A DNA stretch of 57,450 bases, counting the filler, from Sphacelaria rigidula (taxonomy: Eukaryota): NCBI GenBank assembly GCA_964200075.2. It is 6 parts of 6 records of this genome, joined end to end, with 100 filler letters (N's around TTAATTAATTAA, not from the genome) between each part and the next. Parts side by side here need not be neighbours in the genome. Positions count along the whole stretch, not along the records: positions 47,961 to 57,450 come from CAXNAA020008368.1; 5 more parts are not named here. One strand, written 5' to 3'. Made by a program: the position numbers and the translations under genes. Positions 50,871-57,450 of the stretch are shown here, one piece after another. The first letter of the stretch is position 1. Each line of letters starts with the position of its first letter. Under the pieces are notes generated by a model. That model did no database searches. It was not told the DNA's origin and worked only from the letters and a program-made list of their open reading frames with translations.

Positions 50871-51785
50871 CGCGGGCTACTTACTCAGTTTCTGTTCCTC
50901 AAGATTCTCAACCGTGAGCTTCATATTACAATGCGTCGCGCAGGCCAAGATCCGCTTCGTTGTGGAAGGCCTGCTCCTTGCTGGCCCAGAAGAACGGATG
51001 AGAGCCGGTGATTCAGCCCGTCGCGCATGCTCGTAGCATAAGGTCTCGCAGTCACAGATTCTCCATGCGCGCTGCCACACTCGCATGCTGAAATTTCCCT
51101 ATGTGCGAGCCAATGTACCCCAGTTACCCGGTGTAGCCCACACGAGGTAGTCCGTGTACTATACTGCTTCACAATCATGCATCGAAAAGCGCGAAACGTA
51201 CTAACGATCAATTTTGCCTGCGGGTTCGACCGTCATCTACTCGCTAGTGCTCGTCCCTCGCCACGTTCCAGAGCGCGCCGTACGCGGTGGTATCGGCTTC
51301 AGGCCAAATATTGTCTAGGTCAAGTATCTACAAATGGCGCTGGCCTCGAATGTTCCTCTGCACGACAGCGCCGGGCAGGACTTCAAGGTCTGAGGCTACG
51401 GAATAAAATTCCATGTCACGGTCAACGAGCGCCACACGCAAACCTTTAACGGCCGGCGTCGCCCCCACCCCCACACAGGTTACTCGAACGGGATGTACGC
51501 CGGGCCCAATGGTCCGCACGAGAAGAACCATGACGCTGACTGCAGGCGAACGTACGCTGGGTTGTCTCAATACCACGAGATTAGCGGTGTTAATCTTACC
51601 CCCCACGCGCTGGTTAGACACCCATGAAGCGGTGTAAAAGCCGTCACTGTCTCTGCAAGTGGCGATACCACAGAATAAAGCAACTCCTCGGAAGCTGTCA
51701 TCCAAATGCAAGAAAATCAGTAGGCTTCGGGCCGAACANNNNNNNNNNAATGGTCTGATGATCATGGCATGCATGATCATGAGTA

Positions 51786-52339
51786 CACCGGCATGGCGAG
51801 CCTACCGCCTGCGAAACCCTCCTAAAAATGCAGTACTGTACAGTGTATGCTCAGGGTCAATTGTACGGTTTTTCGAAATGATATCTCATCTGGGTCCCAA
51901 AGGGGGTCTGAACTGCCTAGCGAAAGTGCTGGCACACTCCTTTCGGATATGATATGTGACAACTGTGGGGGTTAGGGTTAGCGCGCAGGAAAAGTCCTGA
52001 AGGGACGGATGGTTTTGTGGGGAGGCAGTCGTCCATTGTAACGGGTATGAGCCGTTCAAGCAAGGAGATTTCGATTCTGAACAGGGAAAGACGTACTACA
52101 GTACCCCTGAGTACTATTCAACATGTTTCATTCCGAGCGATGTTCTCCACACCCCCCCACAGTTGTCACATATCATATCCGAAAGGAGTGTGCCAGCACT
52201 TTCGCTAGGCAGTTCAAACCCCCTTTGGGACCCAGATGAGATATTGTTTCGAAAAACCGTACAATTGACCCTGAGCATACACGGTACAGTACTGCATTTT
52301 TAGGAGGGTTTCGCAGGCGGTAGGCTCGCCATGCCGGTG
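51786..52339. mobile_element. Young MITE/fold-back element, ~185-bp near-perfect arms
   Basis: 51786-51971 is the reverse complement of 52154-52339 with about 4 mismatches seen by eye; ~180-bp spacer. Confidence 0.85.
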
Positions 52340-53187
52340 GCGGGATAGATGGAGCCGTGTCTCTCACGCACACCTCCTCCTACGAAATGCTGAGCACTAC
52401 TGCACGTAGGTGACAAGCCACATCTTCTGCATATATATACATAGTCGTTGTGCAAAGGTACGATCATGACGGCGGGTGGGAGGTGGCTGTGTGTGCTGGA
52501 GTTTTTGCCACCTCATCTGCCAATGTGCTGCGGGTTGTTGAACAAAAAAACGGGTCGCAACTATCCCGATGCAGCGACGCAGCCCACCCCGACACCAGTC
52601 CCGAACTCTTCCAGGAAGAAAGTGACCATATAAGGTGTGATAGCTGGTTCAGACTGAATGAAGCACCTCTCATGGGCGCTACTGGCGAAACAACCCCAAG
52701 CGTGGGAGTTCCCACAATCTCTCGTTGTGTGTGTCCAGTTTTGGTTTTGCTCGTTTCACGCGACTGACTGTGTCTGTACTTCCCCCCGGGGCTGCCAGGA
52801 GCTCAGTAGACGTTACAGAGGTGCGGTAGCTCACGCTCTTGTCTGCACAGCAGGCGACTACCTCGCTGCTACATTTTGCCTGCTCTTAACTTCGAAAATA
52901 TGCATGTACGCAAACGGACAGCACTGTGCTTGCGTCGGCGACAGATGAGCAACGGGGACATCGCCTTGTCACGTGTCCTGTAGCGCTTAGAGGCACGTCC
53001 TGCTCAAAAAATGCCGCACAATGACGGTGGTTTTTCTGTTGAACTGCTCATCATGCTTGGGCTGCCGTACAGAAACTTCTGGGTTAGGGTTACCTGGTCG
53101 AAACCGNNNNNNNNNNGAAACAAATGAAATTTCGATGGCGACTTCAACCTCACCCAAATGTTGAACCTCAAAACCGGATCCAGGCTG

Positions 53188-53219
<32 letters not shown>

Positions 53220-54849
53220 AGAGGCTGTGGTATCTCAATACACAGTAGTGATCGTGGCTGTACAAAACATCGCATGTGTTATCGGATGGTGGCTCTGGAT
53301 AAGGTTCACCAACTTGAGTAAGACGGATGTGAAGGTTGTACAATTGTTGGGCCGCAATAATTTCAACATGCGTGGCATATGCGTATGGATTAGAGGTGGG
53401 CACCGGATACCAAAATAAGAAATCGGTTACCGGATAAGAGGCGATATTTTCAAAAACAAAAAAACGGTGAAACCGTTTTTTTTCAGCCGGTTTAACCTGA
53501 TAAGCAAGGGAAAACGCCTCCAAATCATTGAAGCGCAGGTGAATTAGGCATTCTTGTCGTATGTTTCGTGTGTGGTGGGTGATGGATACGCTCAAACACA
53601 CCCACTACCGGTGACGACAAGGTTCAATCTCACACCTCCGCACTCCGCACCCGTGCAACACCTGTCGAACCTAACAGCACAGTGGCTGGTGACTGGTGAC
53701 AAAGATTTCAATGCGTGATAGGAAATAGTGTTAGTGTTTACTTTTTTACTTGAACAGCTGATGTTCAAATCTGGCACCTAACCCTAGCCAACGCAGGGTG
53801 TCGAAGGTCGAAAAGAAAAACTATACTCCGGAGTAGTAGATAGTAGTATGCACCTGAAATGTTTTTCTTCTAATTTTTTCGTCGTTGACGATTTTTTTCT
53901 AGGCTCGTTCACTTGTCACCGCCCATCACATTGGGGATCTGAAGATACTTGTATCCGCTCCACATTCAACAGAAACAAAAATCATCTGTACTCCACATTG
54001 AGTGACTTGCGGACTAACCGGTCATCGGGGGTCCTGCAATTTTTCAGCAAAAATTCCGAATCTTTGGAATTTTCGGTCGATCGAGCCTGTCCCGATCGTT
54101 GTTGTGAACGAATGTACTTTTTTTTATTTTACCTACTCACTGCACCAGAGCCGAATAACTGCGTATCACGGTCAATAATACCCTAATTATCAACGGGGTA
54201 TCTGCTCGTATCGCCCGATAACACCAAGTAACACTAACTTAGGCACTGTTTCTTCCAGGAGTATCTGCTTATTTTACCAAAATCTACCGACGCTAGCACT
54301 TTGGAGCTCTATCGAAGAGTAGTACGCGAGAATACCACCCTGAACAGTTCAGGCGCCCAATACTGTATGCACCCCACACCCCGCCCGCCCCTGCAACCTA
54401 ATGCCCAACAGTACGAGGGAGGAGCAGGGGTCATGCCATTCCTCAACTTTGCATGGAAAAGGCGTACCGCTCCTGTGTCGAAAAACAACAAAACAGCGGA
54501 CAGCGGAAAACCCACACTTGACGCTGCAAACCACGCCAAACCACGCAAACACACCATCTCCCGGGGCAATTTCGCCCTACGGAATGAACGATGACGCAAT
54601 AATCGTACAATAGCGATGGGCGACAAGACATCGTACCAACTCTCGTCAGGAAGAAACACCAACATCATTATCGTTTCCCAGTGAGGAAACTAAAGCAGAT
54701 CGTCAGAGTAAACGGAAGTTCACGCCTACTCCTTTTGCCTAAAACACGAGCAGTCTGACTCTATGTGTAAGGGTGACGTGTAGTGTGACGTGTAGCGTGT
54801 GACGTGTCGTACATCACGCTTTCGCTACCAACTTAAAACTTCGCAATTG

Positions 54850-55056
54850 AGCCGGTTCAACCGGTCCACCGGAAAAACCGGTTTAACCGCCATAATAGCG
54901 CCTCATGTTGCCGGTTAACCGGTTTTCCCATAAACCGGTATAAGCGGCAAATAAAAAACTCCGTTTTTTTCATTTCAGACCCGTAACCGGTTAACGCCTA
55001 TTAGGGTTTCCAAGAACCGGTTATAACCGTTTTTTCTTTACAGGTGCCCACATCTA
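54850..55056. mobile_element. Probable DNA-transposon end (hAT-like) with AACCGGTT subterminal repeats
   Basis: Many CCGGTT/AACCGG motifs ending in GTGCCCACATCTA (reverse complement TAGATGTGGGCAC). Confidence 0.45.
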
Positions 55057-55463
55057 GTATGGAGCCGACATGAGCTGAAGGAATTGTTGAACGCTATTGT
55101 ACGTTTGGTCGGCGTAGGACACGTTTGGCACCCCCGAGGCGCCAGAGTGCACCAGAGTGCGGGTTATGTTGAAGAGCAGATTCGACGAGAAAAAGGTCAT
55201 TTTTAGATGTGTACCAGAATGAGCAGGGAAAACCAGCTGTTGGGTGTACTCTGAGCATGAAGAGAAAGTTATTTTCCAATTAGAGATAACATCACAGGTT
55301 TGTTGTCAAGTACGATAGGAGGGATGAAGAGACGCAAGGGTGGGAGCAGAACGTATTTGCTGAATGCACCCCCTCGAGTCTCCTCTTCTTCACCTCTTTC
55401 CGGTCTCGGTGTGTTTTTTTGTCTGTATTGTGGCACAGGTTTTGGTTAATAGTACTTATTTCA

Positions 55464-55822
55464 GTGTGTGTTGTGTGTGTTATCACATTTATTCTGGACG
55501 CCGGTCTACACCTTTAGGTATATGTGGACGCATCAGCCGGCGTCACACAGGAGGAAGGTCAACACAGGAGGTTTTTCTTTTTTTGTTTGTTTAACACTCT
55601 ACCTTCCTTCTGCGGTGCTTGCCTTTCTTTTTTATCGCGAGAGGGGTTCAGCAGTCCCTTTCCAGCGTCGACCGTTGAGTTGCCTTTTGTGTACCCACGA
55701 CACAGTTGATCTCCACTGTTAGGCATGGTGTGAGAAAAATCCTAGATCGCTCCGAGACTTGAACCCACGACCCAGCCGTCAGACGGTTTCGAGGGTGCCA
55801 ACTGAGCCACCGGGGCGACCGG
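55464..55822 (-). mobile_element. tRNA-derived SINE, full-length copy
   Basis: Head CCGGTCGCCCCGGTGGCTCAGTTGG...GGTTCAAGTCTC; body and CA-rich tail match 29497-29856. Confidence 0.88.
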
Positions 55823-57450
55823 TTTTTGTGGGTCAAGACAAAGCAAAGTACAGACACTCAAATAAAGGATTTTAACAACCTGCTTTCATCTTTCGGGCAC
55901 ACTAACTTTGATCTCCGTGCTGAGCTTGCTTCGGACACGACACTCGACTTCCACAAAGCGGTTATACCAACATAGGAGAATAGAGCTCCAACTCGTCTTC
56001 TGACACGAAATATTCATTTTCGTGAGGGCGTGTCTTATCAAATATTTTGCGGTCGAATCGAATTGGTTGTAATTAGCTCGTATCTCATACGTCCACGGCA
56101 TTTATGTTCTCAGATAGCTTCGAGTCCATTTTGCAGCTATTTGAGCTTAGGCCGTATCTTAGCACTTCATTTTCGATCGAAAAAGTACGGTGGGAAACAA
56201 ATACTCCAATCTGATGGGTCGTGAGTTTCACCGCCTTCAAAATAAACTACGAGTACGGTAGTTGAAATCACGACCTATCAAATCAGAAATTTCCGTTACC
56301 ACCGCCAATTTTCGATCCAAAAAGAAAGTGCTTAGGTCGTGTCTTAGACCGCCTCTAATGGGAGGCGTTCAAATTTCCTGTATAAAACTGCTTTTTTGGC
56401 CCTTCTCCGTCGTTTTACGCCTGAAAAGAGGGCTACGCGGATATTGACGCCTTGGAACGACTTGTTCTACTCATTGAGGCCGTTCCAGGGCAACTTTGCA
56501 TTTTCCGCTGGCTGCACTTTCATTCTTGGCCATACAAGGATTTTCAACAAAGAACGGTCAAGCAATAAAAAAACAGGGCGAAATTTCGATCACCCGACCG
56601 TTTTTCACCGACAATCCGTGTTTGGCCTCATTTGGCCAAGAAAACGTGCGGGCAGCATTTTCAAAATTTACGACGATGGTTGAAAATACGACCTATCAGA
56701 TCGGGATTTTTGCTTTCCATCGCACAATTTCGATCGAAAACTGATGTGCTGAGAAACACCCTTAGTGCTAAGACACACCCTTAGCCTTTTCAGTTCAAAA
56801 CAAGCGGCGGAAACGAACGAAGGGGCACATGACTCGTATGTTGCAGACAAACATGCCAGATAACACCCTTCCACGGAACTATGGAAAACTCGCACGGTTC
56901 ATTCGCAGCTGCCAATTCAATCCTGCAGCATAGATCACGGCCTGAGCATAGGGATACATGGACTGCAGTGAGGAGGAACCGACACCACCACCCTCTTCTC
57001 GACATCGTCATATGTTTTCTTTTTGTTGGCGAAAACCTGGGCATATAATTTTGTGGTGCGGTTCACCGACGGAGTTGCGTTTTGGGGTGTGAGCCACCAA
57101 GTTGCTGACACGCTTATGGACAGCAGAGGTACTGCAGTGCAAAACTGCACGCGGTTCAAAAATCTGCTTCACATTCTCCTGTATGGAGAGAGTACAGACA
57201 GTTCTGTCGTCTTCTCTCTGTGTGTCACGTATTTAATTCAAGTAAACAAGGATAGGACCGCTTCGCTAATTTCGCTCAAATGTTTCGATCAAGGTGTGCA
57301 AATTCGTCGGACTCAAACACAACGGCGCAGCAGTAGAACAAACTCAATCGATTTCACCGCACGAACTCGTTCGAGTAGAAATTGTTTGATAAGACCTGTG
57401 ACGGTTTAAGAGACAACCAACTAGACTACTGACCAAGTCAGCGCTGACTT

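Overview
Eukaryotic, intron-rich, repeat-rich DNA, most likely from a brown alga (Phaeophyceae). That assignment is inferred from the gene structure, a 126-nt TPR exon and the repeat types. The window is not one locus: it is six unrelated ~9.49-kb contigs (1-9493, 9594-19085, 19186-28677, 28778-38269, 38370-47860, 47961-57450) joined by artificial 100-nt N/TTAATTAATTAA/N linkers. Contig 1 holds a TPR exon and a Ty3/Gypsy pol fragment with a complete but catalytically degenerate C5-cytosine-methyltransferase-like domain between RNase H and integrase. Contig 2 holds a 12-exon part of an LRR gene. Contig 3 holds a decayed DIRS/Ngaro-type tyrosine-recombinase retrotransposon. Contig 4 holds a NOM1/Sgd1-like MIF4G-MA3 gene. 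Contig 5 holds a gene that, spliced by hand with matching phases, encodes a Pol-beta-superfamily nucleotidyltransferase, a long disordered linker, one transmembrane helix and two Ig-like domains, i.e. a candidate receptor-type nucleotidyltransferase. Contig 6 is repeats only. The two strongest leads are the NTase-TM-Ig gene and the methyltransferase-carrying Gypsy element. All calls are by eye; no searches were run.
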